Shown: piece by piece, positions 26,201-38,200 of the stretch
Position numbering within the stretch: the stretch's first letter is position 1
Layout of the letters: each line of letters begins with the position of its first letter
From: Heptranchias perlo
Taxonomy: Eukaryota
Assembly: GCF_035084215.1 (NCBI RefSeq)
Contig: NW_027139247.1
Coordinates: forward strand, 434,001 to 498,000
Length of the DNA: 64,000 nt
Direction: 5' to 3'
Program-made: the position numbers and the translations under genes
The notes under the pieces: generated by a model
Database searches by the model: none
What the model saw: only the letters and a program-made list of their open reading frames with translations
What the model was told of the DNA's origin: nothing

Positions 26201-29200
26201 GATAGATAACACAACGGGGGTCGAAACTAGAGCAGAGGAGGGCATCTTCAGGACAAGACAATTACAGTCGGATGCTGTGGGATGGGTAGGTGCGATAACC
26301 TCGATTTTTACCCTCTCCTTACCTATCGTGGATGTTACGACCCAAGTATTTACCAAATTGGCAGAACCACATTCTGTGGGGAATTTAGAGGGAGAAGTGT
26401 ATAAGCAAAGGGTAAACTCGCTTAAGTTAACGGTGTATGACTGGAAAACTGTATCATAGAAGGGGCCCAAGCAGGATTGTCGTGTCAAGCAGGGGAACCA
26501 ATACCCAGGCCGATATGGATGATTCCCTGCACATATGCCTGAGTGCAGACAGTGCAGACGTGATCTAAAATTGAGACTAGAACTTTAAAATGAGAGGCGC
26601 AGGAAAAGATGCATGAACAAACTACGCAAAAAAACAAGCTTGTTATAATTTGCAGTTAGAGATTATTCCTGCTCTGTTAAATTTTTCCTTCTGATTTACG
26701 TAATTGAATGTATGCAGATTTTTATCACACTAAGGAATGGTACATAGATTTACTAAGCTCAATCGGGAAGAGATTTAAGTGAACTCACATAGAGATAATG
26801 GGAACATAACACATGAGCAAATAGAGGGATTACTTAAAGGAATGAATAGACAAATGGGGGAAGTCATATCAGAAAAAGGGGTGTCCCTGGTTTTAATAGA
26901 ACGACTGGCAGAGAGACAGGTTAGCGATATTGGCAATTGTTCACAATAACAAAGACTAAGGAACAACTGATCTTAAGGACAGTTCTGTATGGAGGGTTTT
27001 TACAATGTTCAGATTCAAAAAGGGGGTTAAATGCTGGATCCCAAATTTTATATTGGACAAACAAATGAAAATCTGGAAATCAGTTGGGAATATGGATTGG
27101 TGTACGGTACGAAGACTTGGATTGGTGTATTTTGCCAGGAAGCCTTGCAAGCAGAGTAATATATCACGACTGATTCCTGTGATAATGGCAATACCACTGC
27201 TTCCTGCTGATGTGAAAGCTGTGAAAGTATTTCAAGTGGAATGTTGGAGAATGATATACAGAAGGAATTTGTAAATTACCCGAAGACTGAAGATATCAAT
27301 AAAGGGGACAAGAGGGTTCTGGAAAACACCAAACACTTCATGCTATTCCAGGAAAAGTAGATCCTGGGTGTGCAGATGTGACATTTTATAAAGTGTACTG
27401 CCAGCCTGTGGTTTCACTCTGGATGAAGAATCCCCTATTGTACTATTGAATCTGAAAAGGACCAGCGTTGTTTATTCGGAGAGACGAAGGGATTGCATTA
27501 CAACTAAGAGGCACTGCACTCAAGGCAACACCATGGGGGTGATTTTAAATCCCAAGAACGGGTGGGTTGGGGGCGGGTGGGAGTTGAAAATAGTTGTTTT
27601 TTGGGTCGCGACCGCAACCCGGCTTTATTTCCCGGTTTAACGTCAGCGTGTAAAAGTCCAGGCTTCCCACTGGGAATGCAAAGTCCGAGAATTTTGCGGT
27701 TGCGACCCAAAAAAACAAACTATTTTCAACTCCCACCCGCCCCCAACCCACCCGTTCTTGGGGGTTAAAATCACCCTCCTTGTGCCTGGTTTGGCGGTTA
27801 ACATCTTGCTTTACACCAACCAGAATTACTAAATTGGGGCTAAGATATTGGTGCCTGTCATGGCCACAATGAAACAAAATGCAAGTAAGCATTGCCCTCC
27901 AGACAGAAAGCTTACGAGCGCTTGTGAATTTTGGCTGCAAAAGCATTAAGTGTATTTAAACGTGCTATCAGGAACATTAAATGGAGGCAGGGCTACTTAG
28001 GACTGACAGGGCAACTTACGAAGTTCCTGATTATACAAGTCCTGGTGACCATATCCCTCACAGGGTGGACCTGCTGGATCTGCGGGCGGATCGCCAACTT
28101 AAAACAGAACGTGGATCACTCCAAACCATTCCCCCATTGGACTCGATTGATTAAATGAGTGAGGGGTCGAAGACTTGCTGTTCTCTCCCTCATGGCGTGG
28201 AATCTGTAAGATTATTGGAAATAGGGAAACACTGACATCTTTTTCATAAAGCTACTCCCCATCATGCTCTGCAGGCTGTGCTGTGGTGTTTCGCTGAGTG
28301 TGTGGCTTATTTTGAGGAATTGTAAACCGTTAACCTTTGACCAGTGACTGACCCGTGTCACCCTCCTTGCTAGACCTGACAGCTACGTGACAAAAACAGG
28401 AACAATGAACCAAAAATAATCACAACAATAATCCAAAGGTAACAATAAGATTGGGATCATGGCTAGATCGCTAGACAACGCTACTTAAAAAAGAGTCTTG
28501 TGGTTAATGAGTAATATTAAAACAAGCTGACCACCTTGAATTCTTTGAAAAACAAGTTTGTTAATCCATAAGGCTCTTATGAGTGTGGTTCCACATATGG
28601 TGGGAGTTTACTGCCAGGGTGGACATAAAAACCCAACGTCTTTTGAGCTCAGGTCAGAGGAATCAGCAAAGCCCACCCAGCTGTCGAAAGCACACTGAGC
28701 TGTCAGAAGACGACACTGCAGTCAGGAGAACACCTGACTATCAGAATACGACCTCACTGTGGGAAAACTCGAAACAACCATGTCGCCAACTTAATTACCA
28801 TCTCTGCCCAGGGATCAAACGGGAGAATATTGTTTTGATCTTTGTTGTCTAAATACTTGATACCTTTACATGTTCGATTTGACTATTAATAAATGAGACA
28901 TTGATTACCAATTGGTTTCAAGTCCGAATCTGTTACATTAGTGCTATCTGTCTCCCCCAATTCCTTGTGCACCTTGTTTCTCTTTTCTAACGCTACATCC
29001 TGGTGCCCATCCCCCTGTCAAATTAGTTTAAACCCTCGGCCACAGTGCCAGTGAACCTCCCCATGAGGACATTGGTCCCAGCTCTGTTGAGGTGCAACCC
29101 GTCCATTTTGAACAGGTCCCTCCTGCCCCAGAACTGGTCCCAATGCCCCAAGACTCTGAAGCCCTCTCTCTTGCACCATGTCTCTAGCCACACATTAACT

Positions 29201-32200
29201 TGCCTTATCTTTCTATTTCTGTACTCCCTAGCCTGTGGCACTGGAAGTGATCCACAGATTACCACCTTTGAGGTTCTGCTTATGAACTTCCTCTCAAGTT
29301 CCTGGATCTCTGTCTGCAAGGACCTCATCCCTTTTCTTTCCTACATCATTGGTACCCACATGGACCACGACTTCTGGCTGTTCCCCTTCCTCCTGCAGAA
29401 TGTTCAGCACCCTCTCCATGATGTCCTTTACCCTGGCACCAGGGAGGCAACGCACCATGAGGGACGCATGTCAGCGGTCACAGGAACACCTGTCTGTCCC
29501 CGACTATCGAATCCCCAATGACTACTGCCTTTCTACACTTCATTGTGTCCCCCATTTAGTCCTTTGCCTCATGGTCCCATGCTCAGGACTGCACTCCTTC
29601 GAGCTGTCGTCACCCTCACTACCAGTTTGAGAGTGGCCACACACCCAGAAGATTCCTGAACTGCCTGCCTCTTCCTACCCTTTCCGATGGCCACCCACTT
29701 GCTATCCTGAACTCTCTGTGGCTGCGGGGTGACCAGTTCCCGGAACATATGATCCAGGAAACCTTCAGCCTCCCTTAAGCTCTGCAGTGACTCCAACCAC
29801 CCCTCATGTTCAGAAACCCTTAGCTTGAGCTCGAGCAACTGGAGGCATTTTCTGCACATGTGGCTCTCCAGGACACATGCAGGGTCCTGAGGCTCCCACA
29901 AGGTGCAGGAATTGCAGGCAGTGGGTCTCAGCTGGCCGTCCATTATATTTAGAAACCTTTTTTTCTAAACTCCCTTTAGATACTCGATTATTATTAATTT
30001 ACTCAATGTTTACTTATCCTGATTAACCGACCCTTTTATTCCAGGTCTCTCCTCTGCTCTGTTCTCTGTGACGTCACCGTGATGTCACTCTCTCCGTTCT
30101 TAGTAAATGGGGAATGGGATCCTCCCCTGGTGCTCAACATCGCTACTCTCCACTCCACTCCTCCCCTGGTGCTCAACATCGCTACTCTCCACTCCACTCC
30201 TCCCCTGGTGCTCAACATCGCTACTCTCCACTCCACTCCTCCCCTGGTGCTCAACATCGCTACTCTCCACTCCACTCCTCCCCTGGTGCTCAACATCGCT
30301 ACTCTCCACTCCACTCCTCCCCTGGTGCTCAACATCGCTACTCTCCACTCCACTCCTCCCCTGGTGCTCAACATCGCTACTCTCCACTCCACTCCTCCCC
30401 TGGTGCTCAACATCGCTACTCTCCACTCCACTCCTCCCCTGGTGCTCAACATCGCTACTCTCCACTCCACTCCTCCCCTGGTGCTCAACATCGCTACTCT
30501 CCACTCCACTCCTCCCCTGGTGCTCAACATCGCTACTCTCCACTCCACTCCTCCCCTGGTGCTCAGCGTCACTCCTCTCCACTCCACTCCTCCCCTGGTG
30601 CTCAACATCGCTACTCTCCACTCCACTCCTCCCCTGGTGCTCAACATCGCTACTCTACACTCCACTCCTCCCCTGGTGCTCAACATCGCTACTCGACACT
30701 CCACTCCTCCCCTGGTGCTCAACATCGCTACTCTACACTCCACTCCTCCCCTGGTGCTCAACATCGCTACTCGACACTCCACTCCTCCCCTGGTGCTCAA
30801 CATCGCTACTCTACACTCCACTCCTCCCCTGGTGCTCAACGTCACTCCTCTCCACTCCACTCCTCCCCTGGTGCTCAGCGTCACTCCTCTCCACTCCGCT
30901 CCTCCGCTGGTGCTCAGCGTCACTCCTCTCCACTCCACTCCTCCCCTGGTGCTCAACATCGCTACTCTACACTCCACTCCTCCCCTGGTGCTCAACATCG
31001 CTACTCTACACTCCACTCCTCCCCTGGTGCTCAACATCGCTACTCTACACTCCACTCCTCCCCTGGTGCTCAACATTGCTACTCTCCACTCCACTCCTCC
31101 CCTAGTGCTCAACATCGCTACTCTACACTCCACTCCTCCGTTGGTGCTCAGCGTCACTCCTCTCCACTCCACTCCTCCCCTGGTGCTCAGCGTCACTCCT
31201 CTCCACTCCGCTCCTCCCCTGGTGCTCAACATCGCTACTCTCCACTCCGCTCCTCCCCTGGTGCTCAACATCGCTACTCTCCACTCCGCTCCACCCCTGG
31301 TGCTCAGCGTCACTCCTCTCCACTCCCCTCCTCCCCAGGTGCTCAACATCGCTACTCTCCACTCCGCTCCTCCCCTGGTGCTCAGTGTCACTCCTCTCCA
31401 CTCCCCTCCTCCCCAGGTGCTCAACATCGCTACTCTCCACTCCTCTCCTCCCCTGGTGCTCAGCGTCACTCCTCTCCACTCCACTCCTCCCCTGGTGCTC
31501 AGCGTCACTCCTCTCCACTCCGCTCCTCCCCTGGTGCTCAGTGTCACTCCTCTCCACTCCACTCCTCCCCTGGTGCTCAGCGTCACTCCTCTCCACTCCA
31601 CTCCTCCCCTGGTGCTCAACATCGCTACTCTCCACTCCGCTCCTCCCCTGGTGCTCAGCATCACTCCTCTCCACTCCACTCCTCCCCTGGTGCTCAACAT
31701 CGCTACTCTCCACTCCACTCCTCCCCTGGTGCTCAACATCGCTACTCTCCACTCCACTCCTCCCCTGGTGCTCAACATCACTCCTCTCCACTCCACTCCT
31801 CCCCTGGTGCTCAACATCACTCCTCTCCATTCCGCTCCTCCCCTGGTGCTCAACATCGCTACTCTCCGCTCCGCTCCTCCCCTGGTGCTCAGCATCACTC
31901 CTCTCCTCCCCTGGTGCTCATCACCACTCCACTCCACTCCGCTCCTCCCCTGGTGCTCAGCGTCACTCCTCTCCACTCCACTCCTCCCCTGGTGCTCAAC
32001 ATCGCTACTCTCCACTCCGCTCCTCCCCTGGTGCTCAGCATCACCCCTCTTCACTCCACTCCTCTCCACTCCGCTCCTCCCCTGGCACTCAGCGTCACTC
32101 CGCTCCCCCCCTGGCACTCAGCGTCACTCCGCTCCTGCCCTGGCGCTCAGCGTCACTCCGCTCCCCCCCTGGCACTCAGCGTCACTCCGCTCCCCCCCTG

Positions 32201-35200
32201 GCACTCAGCGTCACTCCGCTCCCCCCCTGGCACTCAGCGTCACTCCACTCCTCCCCTGGCACTCAGCGTCACTCCGCTCCTCCCCTGGCACTCAGCGTCA
32301 CTCCGCTCCTCCCCTGGCACTCAACGTCACTCCGCTCCTCCCCTGGCGCTCAGCGTCACTCCGCTCCCCCCCGGCGCTCAGCGTCACTCCGCTCCTCCCC
32401 TGGCGCTCAGCGTCACTCCGCTCCTCCCCTGGCGCTCAGCGTCACTCCGCTCCTCCCCTGGCACTCAGCGTCACTCCGCTCCTCCCCTGGCGCTCAGCGT
32501 CACTCCGCTCCCCCCCTGGCACTCAGCGTCACTCCGCTCCTCCCCTGGCGCTCAGCGTCACTCCGCTCCCCCCCTGGCACTCAGCGTCACTCCGCTCCTC
32601 CCCTGGCGCTCAGCGTCACTCCGCTCCTCCCCTGGCACTCAGCGTCACTCCGCTCCTCCCCTGGCGCTCAGCGTCACTCCGCTCCTCCCCTGGCACTCAG
32701 CGTCACTCCGCTCCTCCCCTGGTGCTCAGCACCACTTCTCTTGATTTATTTATAGATAATTACTTTTTACCCTGTTTTAGATTTTTTTTCGCTTTTTAAA
32801 ATATTTAGCACCTCCTTCCCCCTCGACACCTAATTCCCACTCTCACCAAATTCTCAAGTTCCCACTCAGTTCACGATCCACACTGTTTGCAATGCCGGCT
32901 CTGTGCTTCAGCCCTCTCACCTTAAAATCAGACTGAACTATGTCTGCACACACTTGCCACATTAACCCTTGCGTCCTAACCCTGTTCACCTGAAATCTAC
33001 ACTTAGGGGGGGATTTCAATTGCCAGTGGGTTACCTGTGGGAATGGGGCGGAGGAGCAATTTTAACCTAACCCACCCAACGGGAAACTACCGGGATCGGG
33101 TACAATGCTGGTTTTATTAAAATAAATGGAGAGTAACATTGAGTGGGATGTAAAACCACCACAAGTGGATTAACATATGTAAAAAAGGGACCCCACCAGC
33201 TTTGGATTGGAGGCTTAGCCACCTGTCCAAAAATGTTCGTCCAAATCGGAAATCCAACAGGTAAGTAACCCACTGGATTCTAACACCCACCCGCCCAGCT
33301 TCTGCTGGGCAGACAGGGATAAAATTCCCCCTCCCAGTCTTGACTTCCAATGTGCAACACCATGGAAGGTCAACTGGTTATAATTAAAAATGCAGTTCAA
33401 TTGGACGCACCCTCATTTTGATATTTCCATTGCAAATGTTATCTCCAAGAAGCTCGGTTTCATCTCTCACTCTAAATATTTAATTTCTCCTCAGTGACTT
33501 TAATGTTTCTATAAATCTCATGTCCATTGAAGACTTGCAGACCTGGCTCCCAGATCTAGTAAGGTTCTGCCTCTTCCCGTCAGAGTTTTCAACCGGATAC
33601 CAAAGAGAGGCCCCCTTCCCACCAGCGTTCCTTCTCCATTACAACCTTTCCTTCTCTCTCACACTCACTCTCTCTCTCACGCTTCCCCCCCTCCTGCCTT
33701 GCTTAATTCATTTATCTGTATTACAATTTTCCTCGTATTGGTGACTGTGCATGCAGATGTCAGCCTCTTGGTTTCAGAAGAGTTCCTGGATGAGATTCCC
33801 GCAATTGTCCTTGCGATGATGCCCAGGGACATTCAATCTGCTGCAACTTCAGAGTACCAGTCAACTGAGACAACAAAACCAAAACCGAACAATTGGCCTC
33901 TGTATATAAAAATTAACTGTTTCAACTTATCCTCAGATTGTCCTCCTTAAAATGTTCTGTTACCAATGACCACAGGTACCAAGGGTCCAGGTTAAATCCC
34001 ATATCCTTAAGATCCCTGATTGACTCAATTAATCAATTCAAAATGTGAAACTGGAGGTTTGATTCCTTCTTGTTGAGTCAATTAAACTGGCCCGAAGCAA
34101 TGGCTAAAATAGTGTCAATTGTCTGAGCACGCCTGGGCTAGGGGCGGTGTGAATAAGCCAGGGTTCCTGATCTTGCTCACTATCAAGTGACTGTTGGAAT
34201 GAGTGCACATGTGGGTGTGGATTGAGGACATAATGGAGCCAAACTGTCACACCATCTACAGCCCAGAACTGTGCTGGCATTCACTTAGACTCAAATATAA
34301 AGAATGGTGAGGCATCTGCTGATGGCTGGCACTCAAGTAACTGTGCCCAGTATCAATACTTAACAAAATGCGATAGAATTCTGTTGACTAACAAGAATGT
34401 GTCATTTCTGGTCACTTCCACATTGTTTGCAGTGTGATATTGTAATCACGTGGAAATGTGGGGCGCTAAATTGGACCGTGTCGCGCCCGTTGTTTCGGCG
34501 CTACACGGCCTCTCCGACATCCAAGATGACGTCTCGGATGCGCACGCACGTTTCCAGCGTGACATACGCCAGACGCCATCTTGGTATAGGAGTTAGCGCA
34601 GATGCAGATAAGAAATGCTGGAATCATGTAAAGTAGGGAGAAAATGGCTTCAGTCAGTGTGCAACGCTGATTTAAAGTGATAGACGCCATTTTGGGACTT
34701 AACGCTCAACTCAACGCACAGTCGTAACCCCGACCACCTGAACGTGTCTTAGAGTGCCTGGAGGACCCCCCACCAGCGCTATTTAAAGGGACCATGCAGG
34801 ATTTATAGGTTAGTGGCTGGATTATTGTTTCTGGCTGCTGAGATATTTGTAACTGTTTTCGGAGGTCTCCTACACTTGAATACTAGGACGCGGGGACATA
34901 GCCTAACATTTAGAGCCAGGAGGTGCAGGAGTGAAGTTAGGAAATGCTTCTACACGCAAAGGGTGGGAGATGTTTGGAACGCCCTTCCACAGACGGCAGT
35001 TGATGCTAGCTCACTTGTGAATGTTAAATCTGAGATTGATAGATTTCTGTGAACCAAGGGTATTATGGGATATGGGGCTAAGGTGGGTATATGGAGTTAG
35101 GTCACAGGTCCACCATGATCTCATTGAATGGTGGAACAGGCTCGAGGGGCTAAATGTCACTGTCACTTGCTGCCCCTTGTTATGCGCCACCTTCTCCTGC

Positions 35201-38200
35201 AAGAAAGCGAGGCATGTGTCTGGGTGATGTGCCTGTCATGGTTGAATAGCTACCAGTGTGTGCGGCCTGTAAGTTGTGGGTCGGCAGCTTGAAACAGTTG
35301 TAATGTGTAAGGGTGAGAGGAAGCATCTGATGGGAAGAGTTGAGTACTGATGGAAAGAGTTTGTTGGTATGTGGGTGATGGGGGTGTAGTGTGTGGTGCA
35401 GTTGGTAGGAGACACCACCTGACAGTTGACCTCACTCACCTTGCCCACTCATGTCAAAGCATTGAACTTCTTCCTGCAGTGTATCCATGTTCATGATGCT
35501 GTGCTCCTGGCATTGACTTCGTCCCCCGCTGCCTCCCACTGCCTTTGGATCTATGTCTGGAGGGCCTCTTGCCCCTCCCCCACCCCTGCGGATATAGGAT
35601 GTCCCTCCTTCTGTCCACCTCTTGCACCAAGGCCTCTAGTGCATCATCAGAGAACCTTGGTGCATGCACTCTCGCAGGGCCTGGTACCAACTCAGATCGG
35701 CAGATTGGTGAGGTCTGGTGTGCAGATTGGAGGATGTGGGATTTAGTAGTGTGCAACCTTTATTCAATGTTTTAACATAACTCATCTGTGTGTAAACAAA
35801 GGGATGGGATCTGCATCTGTGTTTTACATGTGCGATTTCTGATCTCTGTTCAGACTCCATGCAGACAGTCGACTGTTATTTTCAGCAAATAACAGGTACC
35901 AGCTCCCTTTAAGAGATTTCTAAGAAACATCTTCCCTTTATGAGATGGTGCTTCCTCTGGTGGTGGAAAGTGCGAATTGCAGTGATTCCAGGTGCAAGAC
36001 CTGGAATGGAACGCTGATTGCAGGAAGTGCTCCCTTGGGACCAAACTTGCATCTTGCCTGCCCAGGGTCGGTCGGGCGTGGGGTGTTAGTGCATCGTGCT
36101 AACATCACCCAGAACAGACCCTTAACCAATTTTTCCCCCATGGTGTCCTTAAAAATAGAAGCCTTTTCCCTTCAATATTCACATCATAAGAATATAAGAA
36201 ATAGGAGCAGGAGGAAGACATTCGGCCCCTCGAGCCTGCTCCGCCATTCAATCAGATCATGGCTGATCTTTGACCTCAAATCCACTTTCCTGCCCGATCC
36301 CCATATCCCTTGATTCACCTGGAGCCCAAAAATCGATCGATCTCAGTCTTGAATATACTCAACGACCCAGCATCCCCAGCATCACCTTATTTCATTGACC
36401 AATTAAGGCTTCTACAAGAACATGTCGGGTTCTGGCATGTAAAGAGTTACCTTGAGAAAAGTGACATTGTCTTGCTGGTTGATAGCAGCTTGAAGGTTCG
36501 ATATGTCCTCCTCAAGGGATCTTAATTCTTCTTCAATTAATGCCAAGTTGATCTCCATTGATCGACAATCGTTCTCTTGTTGCATCCTGAGTGCTTCAAT
36601 TAAACGTTTTTCCTTGTCTTCAAGATATCGATGGATTTCGGCAAATTGTGCGGAGATGCCTTGCTCCAGGGATCCTGTGAGTTCCTAAAATGGTGAGAGA
36701 TCATTTAAATAGTAGGTTGTATATCAGTCACGTAGAAATCTGTCCTCAGCGGCCGCGCTAAATGGGCGGTATCCTGTTGGGCACCTGTTATAGGCTCCGA
36801 TTGATATTCCATTCTATGGATCTGAATATTGGACAGGGAGTATAACAGGCGGCCGAAACAATACCATCCGTTCAGTGCTACACCCGAAGTTGGATTTCCA
36901 CCCCGCAATGTTTAAAGGTAACACGAATAGGACTCACATCCAGTTCCGAAATCTCCTCCTCCTGCTCTCGTTTCAATTCACTTTTCCTTTCCTTTTTAGC
37001 TTCCATGGAATCCAAGGAGGATTTCAGCTGGTCCTAAACATGGAAACAGATCTTGTCAAAAGTCATCCCACTTTTTATTTGATCTTGTGTAGTTTTACAT
37101 AGTTGTAGTTTTAAATGGAGGCAGCACGTTCACTCAGCTTCAAAATCGAAGATAAGAAACACAAATTCTGCGATTAACCCTGTGATGCTGTTAATCAAGA
37201 ACCTGGTTAATGGGGTAAATGCAGTGAGTGGAGGATAGTTACATGATACAAATGATGTGTATAATCAATCCCAGTCACTTACAGCAGTGAGGGCTCCAGG
37301 CATGATTGACAGGGGAATTACCCAATCATCTCCATTCTGGCCGGGAACAGTGGTGTCACCAAATGCAGCCATAAATTTCTAATGTGGGACTTTAGCAAAT
37401 ACAGCTCACCTAGAAAAGGCAATAAGAAGAGTTCCTCCAACCAAATATTGGGAAGACCGAAGCCATTGTCTTTGGTCCCACCGCAAACTCTGTTCCCTAA
37501 CCATCGACTCCATCACTCTGGTCACTGTCTGAGGCTGAACCAGACAGTTCGCAACGTCCTATTTGACCCTGAGATGAGCTTCCGACCACAAATCCTCTCC
37601 ATCACCAAGACCGCCTACTTCCACCTCTGTAACATCGCCCGTATCCACCCCTGCCTCAGCTCCTTTGCTGCTGAAACCCTCATCCATGCCTTTGTTACCT
37701 CTAGACTAGACTATTCCAATGCTCTCCTGGCCGGCCTCCCATCTTCCACCCTCCATAAACTTGAGCTCATCCAAAACTCTGCTGCCCGTATCCTAACTCT
37801 CACCAAGTCCCATTCACCCATCACCCACGTGCTCACTGACCTACATTGGCTCCCAGTCCGGGAACGTTTGATTTTAAAATCCTCATCCTTGTTTTCAAAT
37901 CCCTCCAAGGCCCTCGCCCCTCCCTATCTCTGTAACCTCCTCCAGCCCAACAACCCTCTGAGATCTCACCTCCTCCAATTCTTGCCTCTTGCGCATCCCT
38001 GATTTTAATCGCTCCATCATTGGCGGCCGTGCCTTCAGCTGCCTAGGACCTAAGCTCTGGAATTCCCTCCCTAAACCTCTCTGCCTCTTTACCTCTCTCT
38101 CCTCCTTTAAGTCCTGTCTCTTTGACCAAACTTTTGGTCACCTGTCCTAATATCTCCTTATGTGGCTCGGTGTCAAATTTTGTTCGATAATCGATCCTGT

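Larger units (their letters stand above)
22373..28937 (+). mobile_element. Endogenous retrovirus / LTR element (gag + env relics, no recognisable pol)
   Basis: Two homologous TG...CA LTRs, 4-bp near-TSD ctag (22369-22372) / ttag (28938-28941), PBS, gag and env-like relics. Confidence 0.9.
19450..32950 (-). mobile_element. Near full-length CR1 LINE (probable 5' UTR, ORF1, ORF2), interrupted by the ERV and a minisatellite
   Basis: ORF2 pieces 19671-22300 ([35 protein letters not shown]); ORF1 at 29023-29943; the sequence is continuous across the ERV; the 5' boundary is approximate. Confidence 0.9.

Noticed and set aside
30036-32799. ORFs of 693-906 aa on both strands
   Set aside because: Translations of a stop-free 39/29-bp minisatellite, open in several frames at once.
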